From: Eubacteriales bacterium
GTDB lineage: Bacteria; Bacillota; Clostridia; Oscillospirales; CAG-272
Assembly: GCA_045653805.1 (NCBI GenBank)
Contig: JAZOMF010000079.1
Span: 5,327 to 69,326 of the forward strand
Direction: 5' to 3'
DNA: 64,000 nt
Shown here in pieces: positions 17,989-27,055 of the stretch (position 1 is the stretch's first letter; each line of letters begins with the position of its first letter). A model generated the notes under the pieces. The model was given only the letters and a program-made list of their open reading frames with translations, was not told the DNA's origin and did no database searches. Made by a program: the position numbers and the translations under genes.

Positions 17989-19041
17989 ATGGGACTTTTT
18001 ACAGGTAAAACACTTTTGATCACAGGTGGTACAGGCTCTTTCGGTAATGCCGTACTCAACCGTTTTCTTGACACCGATATCGGTGAGATCAGAATTTTCT
18101 CCCGCGACGAAAAGAAGCAGGACGATATGCGTCACTATTTTCAGGTAACAAAGCCCGAGGTAGCAGAGAAGATCAAGTTCTACATTGGTGATGTGCGCGA
18201 CATCGCAAGCGTGCGCAACGCTATGCACGGAGTTGACTACATATTCCACGCGGCGGCATTGAAGCAGGTGCCCTCTTGCGAGTTTTTCCCCATTGAGGCG
18301 GTAAAGACCAACGTGCTTGGTACTGAAAACGTGCTTACTGCGGCAATCGATGCAGGCGTTAAGAACATCGTTTGTCTTTCCACCGACAAGGCGGCTTACC
18401 CCGTAAACGCTATGGGAACAAGTAAGGCGATGATGGAGAAGGTAATCGTGGCGAAGTCCAGAACAGTCAGCCCCGAGAAGACCAAGATCTGCTGCACCCG
18501 TTACGGCAACGTAATGTGCTCTCGCGGCTCTGTAATTCCGCTTTGGATAGACCAGATAAGAGCAGGTAACCCCATAACCGTTACCGACCCCACAATGACC
18601 AGATTTATTATGTCGCTTGACGAGGCGGTGGATCTCGTTCTCTTTGCATTTGAGCATGGTGAGAGCGGTGACATTCTTGTACAGAAAGCGCCTGCTTGTA
18701 CCATCAAGACACAGGCAGAGGCGGTTTGCGAGCTTTTCGGCGGCGACAAAAACGCTATCAAGGTTATCGGTATCCGTCACGGTGAGAAGATGTATGAAAC
18801 TCTCCTTACCAACGAGGAGTGCGCGAATGCTATCGACCTCGGCAACTTCTACCGTGTGCCCTGCGACAAGCGTGGACTTAATTACGATAAGTACTTCAAT
18901 AAGGGCGATACCGAGAGAAATACCCTCACCGAGTTCAATTCTCACAATACCCAGCTTCTTAACGTGGAAGAGACCAAGGCGAAGATCGCTTCTCTCGCGT
19001 ATATTCAGGAAGAGTTGGCGAAATTTGTGGGCAAAAAATGA
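17989..19041 (+). CDS. fnlA: UDP-N-acetylglucosamine 4,6-dehydratase/5-epimerase (FnlA/CapE type)
   Basis: It has KTLLITGGTGSFGNAV, IRIFSRDEKKQ, CLSTDKAAYPVNAMGTSKA and RYGNVMCSRGSVIPLW, the CapE/FnlA pattern. Confidence 0.85.
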   Translation: MGLFTGKTLLITGGTGSFGNAVLNRFLDTDIGEIRIFSRDEKKQDDMRHYFQVTKPEVAEKIKFYIGDVRDIASVRNAMHGVDYIFHAAALKQVPSCEFFPIEAVKTNVLGTENVLTAAIDAGVKNIVCLSTDKAAYPVNAMGTSKAMMEKVIVAKSRTVSPEKTKICCTRYGNVMCSRGSVIPLWIDQIRAGNPITVTDPTMTRFIMSLDEAVDLVLFAFEHGESGDILVQKAPACTIKTQAEAVCELFGGDKNAIKVIGIRHGEKMYETLLTNEECANAIDLGNFYRVPCDKRGLNYDKYFNKGDTERNTLTEFNSHNTQLLNVEETKAKIASLAYIQEELAKFVGKK

Positions 19042-19691
19042 AACGTTTTTTAAAAAAAATAATTAGAAAATACTATCGTTTGTTTAATTATTTGCCTTTC
19101 AATAACAAATACAGATTGAGAGGAAATAAGATCAAAAACTATGGTAAATCTCTCTATAAGTGTAAGTTTTTGTGTGCCGGAAAAGGTAATACTATAATTT
19201 TACACGACGACGGGATGATAAGAAATACCACTTTTTGTATAAAGGGAAACAATAATACCATCGAAATAGGCAAAAACTCCTATATAGTTAACGGAGATTT
19301 GTATATTGAGGATGATGGCAACATTATCAGTATCGGAGATCAGACACGATTGTGTGGAAAGATACATTTAGCATGCACCGAGTCTAAACGTATAAAAATA
19401 GGTAATGACTGCCTTTTTTCGTCGGAAATAGTGTTTAGAACAGGGGATTCGCATTCACTGTTGGATATGGATGGCAATCGTATTAACCCTGCCGCAGACA
19501 TTGTTATTGATGATCATGTATGGATCGGTTACAGGGTGTTGGTGAACAAAGGCGTACATATCGCTTCAAATAATATGGTGGGAACTGGGTCAGTGGTTAC
19601 AAAAAGATTTGATGATAGTAACACAGTGATTGCTGGTGTTCCTGCAAAAGTGATTAAAAATGGTACCGATTGGTGTATTGAAAGAAAATAA
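19038..19691 (+). CDS. Left-handed beta-helix (hexapeptide-repeat) acetyltransferase
   Basis: The C-terminal half has hexapeptide repeats (IGNDCLFSSEIVFRTGDSH ... IDDHVWIGYRVLVNKGVHIASNNMVGTGSVV). It is a markedly AT-rich gene lying between fnlA and fnlB. Confidence 0.65.
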   Translation: MKRFLKKIIRKYYRLFNYLPFNNKYRLRGNKIKNYGKSLYKCKFLCAGKGNTIILHDDGMIRNTTFCIKGNNNTIEIGKNSYIVNGDLYIEDDGNIISIGDQTRLCGKIHLACTESKRIKIGNDCLFSSEIVFRTGDSHSLLDMDGNRINPAADIVIDDHVWIGYRVLVNKGVHIASNNMVGTGSVVTKRFDDSNTVIAGVPAKVIKNGTDWCIERK

Positions 19692-19709
19692 ACGGGTGAG
19701 TACGAATAT

Positions 19710-20906
19710 ATGAAAATACTTATAACCGGAGCTTACGGCTTCGTTGGAAAAAACCTCACCGAGGTATTGAAAAACATTAAAGACGGCAAGGACAGACGCT
19801 TTCCCTCTCTCTCTATCGACGAGCTTTATCTCTACGATATAGACACCGACGAAAGCGTGCTGGAGGAGGCTTGCCGGCAGGCTGACTTCGTTTTCAACCT
19901 TGCAGGCGTCAACCGCCCACAAAACCCCGAGGAGTTTATGCAGGGTAACTTCGGATTTGCCTCAAAGCTTTTGGAAACGCTGAAAAAATACGGCAACAAA
20001 TGCCCCGTGATGATCTCGTCGTCTATTCAGGCTACCTGTATCGGTCGCTATGATAGTGATTACGGCAGAAGCAAAAAGGCAGGCGAGGAGCTGATCTTTG
20101 CCTATGGTGAAGAGAGCGGCGCCAAGGTGCTGGTCTACCGCTTCCCAAATCTCTTCGGTAAGTGGTGCAGACCTAATTATAACAGCGCGGTGGCAACCTT
20201 CTGCAACAATATTGCAAACGACCTGCCCATCACGGTAAATGATCCCTCGGTCTGCCTTGAATTGCTCTATATCGACGATCTTGTGGACGAAATGATCGCC
20301 GCGCTCGAAAAAAGAGAGCATCGTTGCACCTTTGACGGTATCGAAACCGTGCTTTGCGAGGACGGTCGCTATTGCGCTGCTCCCGTGACACATAAGGTCA
20401 CTCTTGGCGAAATAGTTTCGCTTCTTGAATCCTTCCGTGATCAGCCAAAGACTCTCGTTATGCCCGAAATTCCCGAAAATAGCTTTGCAAAGAAGCTTTA
20501 TAGCACCTATTTGTCTTATCTCCCAAAGGAAAAGGTCTCTTTCCCCTTGAAGATGAACGTGGATGCAAGAGGCAGCTTCACCGAACTGCTGAAAACCGAA
20601 AAATGCGGTCAGTTCTCGGTAAATATCTCAAAGCCTGGTATTACCAAGGGTCAGCATTGGCATAACACGAAGTGGGAATTCTTTATAGTTGTAAGCGGCA
20701 AGGGGCTTATTCAGATGCGCAAGATCGGCTCTGACGAGGTGCTGAATTTTGAGGTTTCGGGGGAGAAGATCGAGGCTATACATATGCTCCCCGGTTATAC
20801 ACACAACATAATCAATCTCTCGGACAGCGAGGATCTCGTAACCCTTATGTGGGCAAACGAGCAGTTTGATCCCACAAGCCCCGATACTTTTTTTGAGACA
20901 GTTTAA
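19710..20906 (+). CDS. fnlB: CapF/FnlB-type bifunctional reductase/epimerase (N-terminal SDR plus C-terminal cupin)
   Basis: It has the N-terminal Rossmann motif ILITGAYGFVGKNL and a C-terminal cupin region (GSFTELLKT...GQHWHNTKWEFFIVVSGKG). It sits in fnlA/fnlC context. Confidence 0.8.
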   Translation: MKILITGAYGFVGKNLTEVLKNIKDGKDRRFPSLSIDELYLYDIDTDESVLEEACRQADFVFNLAGVNRPQNPEEFMQGNFGFASKLLETLKKYGNKCPVMISSSIQATCIGRYDSDYGRSKKAGEELIFAYGEESGAKVLVYRFPNLFGKWCRPNYNSAVATFCNNIANDLPITVNDPSVCLELLYIDDLVDEMIAALEKREHRCTFDGIETVLCEDGRYCAAPVTHKVTLGEIVSLLESFRDQPKTLVMPEIPENSFAKKLYSTYLSYLPKEKVSFPLKMNVDARGSFTELLKTEKCGQFSVNISKPGITKGQHWHNTKWEFFIVVSGKGLIQMRKIGSDEVLNFEVSGEKIEAIHMLPGYTHNIINLSDSEDLVTLMWANEQFDPTSPDTFFETV

Positions 20907-20927
20907 CTTGAAAGAGAAGGTTTATTT

Positions 20928-21860
20928 ATGACTATTGAAGGTAAAAGAAAGCTGATATTTATTCCATACGCTGAAATTGTTAATGCAGAATCCGGAGTTA
21001 ATATTTCTGCCAAGTCAGCCCGAAAGGAAATATATTTGAAAAATTGCTGTGTTTCTCTTGTTTCAGCTAAAGCTTATAATGATTGTGATGTGGCCTTGGT
21101 TACCAATATTGACGTGCCGGAACAATACAAAAAAGTGTTAGAGGCTAATGGGGTACTTATTTTAAAATGTGAATTCGATCAATTTTTGTTTGGCTTGAAT
21201 TACAAGTGGAATTTGGCATTCTATAAGTTGTGTGCATTGTATCACATCTCTCGAGAGTATGAATATGATTTTTATTCATATCTTGATGCCGACGTATATG
21301 TTAAAGCTTCATTTAACGATATATGGGATGAATGTAGTAATAATATTTTATTATATGATATATGTCACGGACTCCAAGTGAGAGATTATCGAATTTTTTT
21401 GGATGAAGTGAGAGCATTTAATGGATACAGTTTAATTACTCACTTTGGGGGAGAATTTTTTGCGGCAAATAGAGAACAAGCTCTTGCGTTTTCTGATAGA
21501 TGCCTTGAGATACATAAGGAAATGATACAAAAAGATTTCCTTACTACAAAGGGCGATGAGTTTATTTTATCTATTGCCGCGTATGACATGAAGCAACAAG
21601 TAAAGAATGCGGGAGCATATATATATAGATATTGGACTGATATTAATTTCAGACTGGTTTCTACTAACTACATGTATAATCCTGTTGCTATACTCCATGT
21701 TCCCAATGAAAAAGAAAAGGGATTGTTGGAAATCTATGATAAATACATCAGAATTAATAAGATTCCAGAGACAGAGAAAGTGTATAATATGTTGAGAATC
21801 AAAAGGCAGCCAATGGTAGATGTATTTAAAAAGAAAATTAGAGGAATGATGAAAAAATGA
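20928..21860 (+). CDS. Hypothetical protein, possible GT-A fold (DxD) transferase
   Basis: Only a DxD-like YLDADVYV motif and locus context support this call. The gene is AT-rich compared with the flanking fnlB and fnlC. Confidence 0.3.
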   Translation: MTIEGKRKLIFIPYAEIVNAESGVNISAKSARKEIYLKNCCVSLVSAKAYNDCDVALVTNIDVPEQYKKVLEANGVLILKCEFDQFLFGLNYKWNLAFYKLCALYHISREYEYDFYSYLDADVYVKASFNDIWDECSNNILLYDICHGLQVRDYRIFLDEVRAFNGYSLITHFGGEFFAANREQALAFSDRCLEIHKEMIQKDFLTTKGDEFILSIAAYDMKQQVKNAGAYIYRYWTDINFRLVSTNYMYNPVAILHVPNEKEKGLLEIYDKYIRINKIPETEKVYNMLRIKRQPMVDVFKKKIRGMMKK

Positions 21861-23044
21861 TGAACATAAAACTTGATTACAGCGACGTTTCTTTCAAGAA
21901 CGACGGCAGACTTAAGCTGCTTATCATCGTAGGCACACGCCCCGAGATCATTCGTCTTGCGGCGGTAATAAACAAGTGCCGTAAATATTTTGACTGCGTT
22001 TTAGCCCACACGGGTCAGAACTACGATTATAACCTCAACGGCGTTTTCTTCAAGGACTTAAAGCTTGAAGCTCCCGAGGTCTATATGGATGCGGTTGGCG
22101 ACGATCTTGGCGCAACCGTGGGCAATATCATCAACTGCTCCTATAAGCTGATGAATGCAATTAAACCCGATGCGCTCCTCATTCTCGGAGACACCAACTC
22201 TTGTCTTTCCGCGATCGCGGCAAAGAGATTGCATATTCCGATCTTCCACATGGAAGCAGGAAACCGTTGCAAGGACGAGTGCTTGCCCGAGGAAACCAAC
22301 CGCCGCATAGTTGACATCATTTCCGACGTCAATCTGGCGTACAGTGAGCAGGCGAGAACATACCTCCACGATTGCGGTCTCCCAAAGGAGAGAACCTACG
22401 TTACAGGCTCGCCCATGGCAGAGGTTCTTCACGAAAATCTTGATGAGATCAGAGCCAGCGACGTTCACGCTCGGTTAGGTCTCGAAAAGAAGAAATACAT
22501 CCTTCTTTCGGCACACAGAGAAGAGAACATCGACACCGAGAAGAACTTTTTGTCGCTCTTCACCGCTATAAATAAGATGGCAGAGAAGTACGATATGCCC
22601 GTGCTTTACTCCTGCCACCCCAGAAGCAAAAAGAGACTTGAAGCAAGCGGCTTCCAGCTTGACAAGAGAGTTATTTGCAACCAGCCTCTCGGATTCCACG
22701 ATTATAACTGCTTGCAGATGAACGCATTTGCGGTAGTTTCGGATAGCGGCACACTTCCCGAGGAAAGCTCCTTCTTCACAAGTGTGGGCAATCCTTTCCC
22801 CGCGGTCTGCATTCGAACCTCTACTGAGAGACCCGAGGCGCTTGACAAGGCTTGCTTTATTCTTGCGGGAATTGACGAAAATTCACTTCTTCAGGCGGTA
22901 GAAACCGCGGTTTCAATGACCGAGGCAGGCGACTACGGTATCCCCGTGCCTACCTATACCGACGAGATAGTTTCCACCAAGGTAGTTAAGATCATCCAGT
23001 CTTACACCGGCGTGGTAAATAAAATGGTTTGGAGAAAATTCTGA
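21857..23044 (+). CDS. fnlC: UDP-N-acetylglucosamine 2-epimerase, non-hydrolysing (FnlC/CapG type)
   Basis: It has LLIIVGTRPEIIRLA, HTGQNYD, ILGDTNS, HMEAGNRC and PEE.NRR, the WecB/FnlC family signatures. Confidence 0.85.
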   Translation: MMNIKLDYSDVSFKNDGRLKLLIIVGTRPEIIRLAAVINKCRKYFDCVLAHTGQNYDYNLNGVFFKDLKLEAPEVYMDAVGDDLGATVGNIINCSYKLMNAIKPDALLILGDTNSCLSAIAAKRLHIPIFHMEAGNRCKDECLPEETNRRIVDIISDVNLAYSEQARTYLHDCGLPKERTYVTGSPMAEVLHENLDEIRASDVHARLGLEKKKYILLSAHREENIDTEKNFLSLFTAINKMAEKYDMPVLYSCHPRSKKRLEASGFQLDKRVICNQPLGFHDYNCLQMNAFAVVSDSGTLPEESSFFTSVGNPFPAVCIRTSTERPEALDKACFILAGIDENSLLQAVETAVSMTEAGDYGIPVPTYTDEIVSTKVVKIIQSYTGVVNKMVWRKF

Positions 23045-23064
23045 TTTTTAAGAAAGGAGCGCAA

Positions 23065-24234
23065 ATGAACGAATTAAATAATAAGCTGTTTGCTCTTTTG
23101 CGCTCGGTGCTTGGCGGAGAGGAGCTGAATAAGAGTTTGTTTGAGGACTTAAACGAGGAAACTCTTGCAGAGCTTTATAAAATATCAAAAAAGCACGATA
23201 TGGCGCACATTGTAGGTGAGGCTCTTGACTGCGCGGGTCTACTTGGTGATGGCGATATCTCGCGCAAGCTTGCTAAGCAGCAGTTGGTGGCTATCTATCG
23301 CTACGAAAACATACAGTATGAGATCGACAGCATCTGCGCTGCCTTTGATAAGGCAAATATCGCATATATCCCCCTCAAAGGTGCGGTCATCCGCGCGCTT
23401 TATCCCGAGCCGTGGATGAGAACAAGTTGCGACATTGATATTCTTGTGCACGAGAATGACCTTGACACGGCGGTGGATACGCTGAAAAACGACCTTGTTT
23501 ACAAATCCGAAAAAACACGTGATTATCACGATATATCCCTTTATTCCGAAAGTGGAGTGCATCTCGAATTGCATTTTAGTATAAAGGAAAATATCTCAGA
23601 TCTTGACCGCGTGCTCAGCCGTGTTTGGGAGTATGCTACCCACTCTGGGCAGGGTTACAGATATGACCTTTTCAAGGAATTTTTCATCTATCACGCTGTC
23701 GCCCACGATTCCTATCATTTTGCAAATGGCGGTTGCGGTATAAGAGCCATAGTTGACCTTTGGTATCTTACGAAAGACGGAAATTTTGACGATGATTTAG
23801 TCCTCTCGCTCTGCCGAGAAAGTGGTATAGAGCGATTCTACTTGGCTATTTTGGAGCTTTCGCAGGTTTGGTTTGGCAAGCGTGCACATAGTGAGCTCAG
23901 CCGCAGAATGGAGAATTACATTCTGTCGGGAGGAGCTTACGGTGAAACAGAAACGGGAATTGCGATGAAGCAGGATGCAAGAGGCGGAAAAGTCGGCTAT
24001 ATTCTTTCTAAAATTTTTGTTTCATACGAGCATTTGAGGGGGCAATATCCATCCTTGAAATGCCGCGCTATGATACCCGTATATCAGGTGCGCCGTTGGA
24101 TAGATTCTATTGCCAAGGGTAGACTGGCGCGATCGGCAAAAAGTCTTAAAACCAATGCTAAAGTTGATAAAAGCAACTTTGGAGAGGCAATCAATCTTCT
24201 TTCCGAGCTTGGCCTTAAGAATCATTTGAAATAA
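23065..24234 (+). CDS. Uncharacterised nucleotidyltransferase-family protein (NTP_transf_5-like)
   Basis: It has a CDIDILVHENDLD motif. I chose the ATG at 23065, which has an AGGAG RBS, over the ORF-track start at 23029, which overlaps fnlC. Confidence 0.5.
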   Translation: MNELNNKLFALLRSVLGGEELNKSLFEDLNEETLAELYKISKKHDMAHIVGEALDCAGLLGDGDISRKLAKQQLVAIYRYENIQYEIDSICAAFDKANIAYIPLKGAVIRALYPEPWMRTSCDIDILVHENDLDTAVDTLKNDLVYKSEKTRDYHDISLYSESGVHLELHFSIKENISDLDRVLSRVWEYATHSGQGYRYDLFKEFFIYHAVAHDSYHFANGGCGIRAIVDLWYLTKDGNFDDDLVLSLCRESGIERFYLAILELSQVWFGKRAHSELSRRMENYILSGGAYGETETGIAMKQDARGGKVGYILSKIFVSYEHLRGQYPSLKCRAMIPVYQVRRWIDSIAKGRLARSAKSLKTNAKVDKSNFGEAINLLSELGLKNHLK

Positions 24235-24264
24235 GTGCGGAGAGATTTTCTCCGATAAAAAAGT

Positions 24265-24296
24265 ACCGCAGACTTTTGTCTGCGGTGCTTTTTTAT
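24265..24296. terminator. Bidirectional rho-independent terminator between the polysaccharide locus and the convergent permease gene
   Basis: It is a 9-bp perfect stem (ACCGCAGAC TTTT GTCTGCGGT) flanked by an A-run upstream and a T-run downstream. Confidence 0.8.
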
Positions 24297-24310
24297 GTTT
24301 GATCGATAAA

Positions 24311-25879
24311 TTATTCAGCCTTGTTTTGTCTCGCCTTGTTTACGAGGATGTTAACAAGGATACCAAGTATAAGAGCGCAAGCGATGCTGGTGATGGTCAC
24401 CTGACCGAAGGTGAGGGTAAGACCTCCGATACCGGAAATAAGGATAGCTGAAACCGTGAAAAGGTTGGAGCTGTGCTCAAGGTCAACCTTCTTGATCATC
24501 TTAAGACCCGAAACCGCAATAAATCCGTAAAGTGCCATACAAACGCCACCCATTACGCAAGAGGGAATAGAGTTTACCACAGCCACAAAGGGAGCAAGGA
24601 AGGAAATGGCAATAGCACCGATGGCGGTGGTGATGATAGTAACAACAGAAGCGTTTCCGGTGATAGCCACACATGCAACGCTCTCACCGTAGGTGGTGTT
24701 GGGGCATCCGCCGAAGAGAGAACCTACCATAGAGCCTACGCCGTCACCGAGGAGAGTGCGGTGGAGACCGGGATCCTCAAGCAGATCCTTGCCGATGATG
24801 GAGGATATGTTCTTGTGGTCTGCGATATGCTCGGCAAATACAACGAATGCAACGGGAACGTAAGCAACCGCGATGGAAGCGACGTATGTGCCGTTAAGCT
24901 CGGAGAAGCTGCCGAATGCGGTGAGGAATGTGAACTCGGGAATGGTAAAGAATGTGGAGAGAGTCACGCCGTCAGCCACAAGTGCGGTAAAGGGTGAGAA
25001 ATCAATGATCATAAGCGCAGGATTGCTTGTGAGTACGCCCACGATATAGAATGCCGAGGCGGTAGCATAGCCAGCGCCGATACCGATAATAAAGGGAATA
25101 AGCTTTATGAACTTCTTGCCGTAAACCGAGCAGATTATGGTAACTGCCAGAGTAACCAGTGCGCAGATGATGGCAACGTAGTTAGAGCCGAGGTTGGCGG
25201 TGTAGACGTAATTGCCGTCTGCATCCTTATCAAGAGTTATCTCATTGTGGATCTTGTCTGCGGGGATAACGCCATTTTCGTCTGCTACGGCATCAGCGTC
25301 GGCAATAATGTAGTCAACGCCGTCATCCTTGACAAGGTTGCCGTCCTCGTCGATGTAGCTATCCTTGGCGATCTCAATGACCTGATAATTTTCGGGGTCG
25401 AGAGTGGTGATAACGTTGGTTTTGTTCATATCACCCACCGCATTACCTGCAAGGGAAAGACCGATAAGAGCAACTGTCGGGCCGATAACCACTGCGGGCA
25501 TAAGCTTGTTGATCCACTTAACGCCTGCGAACTTAACTATAACAGCAATAACTACGTAAACCAGACCTGCAAAGACTGCACCGAGAATAAGACCGATGTA
25601 GCCAAGGCCTACCGAAACGCCCCCTGCAAAGGCCGCCGCCATAGAGCCGAGGAACGCGAAGGAAGAACCCAAGAAAACAGGGCTGCGGAACTTAGTGAAT
25701 AGCAGATAAACGAGAGTACCGATACCCGCACCGAAGAGTGCCGCAACAGGGCTCATGCCGTGTCCGATAATAACGGGAACTACGAGGGTTGCCGCCATAA
25801 TTGCGAGAAGCTGCTGGATAGCAAAGACGATTACCTGACCGAATTTTGGCTTGTCCTTGACACCGTAAATAAGTTTCAT
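24311..25879 (-). CDS. NCS2-family nucleobase (uracil/xanthine) permease with a hydrophilic insertion of about 85 aa
   Basis: The N-terminus KPKFGQVIVFAIQQLLAIMAATLVVP and the overall polytopic pattern are typical of UraA/PyrP-type permeases. At 522 aa it is longer than the roughly 430 aa usual for the family. Confidence 0.8.
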   Translation of the reverse strand: MKLIYGVKDKPKFGQVIVFAIQQLLAIMAATLVVPVIIGHGMSPVAALFGAGIGTLVYLLFTKFRSPVFLGSSFAFLGSMAAAFAGGVSVGLGYIGLILGAVFAGLVYVVIAVIVKFAGVKWINKLMPAVVIGPTVALIGLSLAGNAVGDMNKTNVITTLDPENYQVIEIAKDSYIDEDGNLVKDDGVDYIIADADAVADENGVIPADKIHNEITLDKDADGNYVYTANLGSNYVAIICALVTLAVTIICSVYGKKFIKLIPFIIGIGAGYATASAFYIVGVLTSNPALMIIDFSPFTALVADGVTLSTFFTIPEFTFLTAFGSFSELNGTYVASIAVAYVPVAFVVFAEHIADHKNISSIIGKDLLEDPGLHRTLLGDGVGSMVGSLFGGCPNTTYGESVACVAITGNASVVTIITTAIGAIAISFLAPFVAVVNSIPSCVMGGVCMALYGFIAVSGLKMIKKVDLEHSSNLFTVSAILISGIGGLTLTFGQVTITSIACALILGILVNILVNKARQNKAE

Positions 25880-26100
25880 AAAGAATCCTCCATTTATGAA
25901 ATATTAAATTTGTGTAAGTTGCGGCATTTGACAAAAAACGCCACACACTTAAGTTTATTGTATCACATTGGTACGGCTTTGTAAATAGATTTTGCAATTT
26001 AGTGGCGTGTGGAATGTAGAAAAATGCTGCAAAAAACTGTGTATAATGCCAAAAATTGAAAAAAAGAGGACAAAAACGTAAAAAGTATGCAATATTACGA

Positions 26101-26129
26101 TTGACAACTTGCAAAAATAGGTATATAAT
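26101..26129 (+). promoter_or_regulatory. Sigma-A type promoter upstream of the rpiR-family gene
   Basis: TTGACA (26101-26106), a 17-nt spacer, then TATAAT (26124-26129). Confidence 0.6.
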
Positions 26130-26190
26130 ATAAAATGTATTATTTTGTGCTCATGCTTTCAATTATTTTTGTAAAGGGTAAGGAGTTTTT

Positions 26191-27054
26191 ATGAAAACTG
26201 ACATTTTAAAGTACATAGAGGACAATTATTCCGGTTTTTCAAAAGGTCAGAAGCAGATAGCTTCGTTTATAACCAATCATTTTGACAAGGCGGCTTATAT
26301 GACTGCCGCAAGATTAGGTCAAGAGGTTGGCGTCAGCGAATCCACCGTGGTTCGTTTCGTAATCGAACTTGGATTTGAGGGATATCCCGATTTCCAGCGT
26401 TCTCTTCGCGAGCTCATTCGCGCAAAGCTGACCGCGGTGCAGAGAATCGAGGTTACCAATAACCTTATCGGTGAGGGTGACGTTATCCAAAAGGTGCTCA
26501 GCTCCGATATAGATAAAATAAAGAGAACCCTTGAGGGAATTGACAAGGAGGCGTTCTATGCGGCGGTAAAGAATATTATCGACGCAAAGACCTGCTACAT
26601 CATTGGCTTGCGCTCCTCTTCCTACCTTGCGGAATTTTTAAATTACAGCCTTCGTATGCTCTCGGACAACGTGCGCCTCATCCAGACTACGTCAGGTAAC
26701 GAGACATTTGAGCAGATGATGAATATTGGTGAGGGCGACGTGCTTTTTGCAATCAGCTTCCCTCGATATTCCAGAAGTATAATCAAGAGTGTGGATTTCG
26801 CCAAGCGTGCAGGGGCAGACGTTATAGCTCTTACCGATAGCGAAAGCTCGCCCATCGTTCCCTTGGCAGACCAGCTCCTCATAGCACAGAGCGATATGGC
26901 ATCCTTTGCGGATTCACTTGTTGCGCCCATGTCGGTTATCAATGCCCTTATCGTAGGCATCACAAAGGAGCGCAGCAAAGAATTCTCCGCAAGACTCCAC
27001 CGCCTTGAAGAGGTCTGGGACGAATACAACGTATACGACACGAATAACGGCTGA
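26191..27054 (+). CDS. MurR/RpiR family transcriptional regulator (HTH plus SIS domain)
   Basis: It has the N-terminal HTH_6 pattern (FSKGQKQIASFITNH...AARLGQEVGVSESTVVRF) and a C-terminal SIS domain (CYIIGLRSSS...). Confidence 0.85.
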   Translation: MKTDILKYIEDNYSGFSKGQKQIASFITNHFDKAAYMTAARLGQEVGVSESTVVRFVIELGFEGYPDFQRSLRELIRAKLTAVQRIEVTNNLIGEGDVIQKVLSSDIDKIKRTLEGIDKEAFYAAVKNIIDAKTCYIIGLRSSSYLAEFLNYSLRMLSDNVRLIQTTSGNETFEQMMNIGEGDVLFAISFPRYSRSIIKSVDFAKRAGADVIALTDSESSPIVPLADQLLIAQSDMASFADSLVAPMSVINALIVGITKERSKEFSARLHRLEEVWDEYNVYDTNNG

Positions 27055-27055
27055 T

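Noticed and set aside
21857-23044. The 2-epimerase as a NeuC-type hydrolysing enzyme that would complete a sialic acid pathway for the sialyltransferase-like and NeuA-like pair
   Set aside because: Its motifs and its position next to fnlA and fnlB fit the non-hydrolysing FnlC/WecB type. No NeuB-type synthase is present, so a complete sialic acid pathway cannot be claimed from this window.
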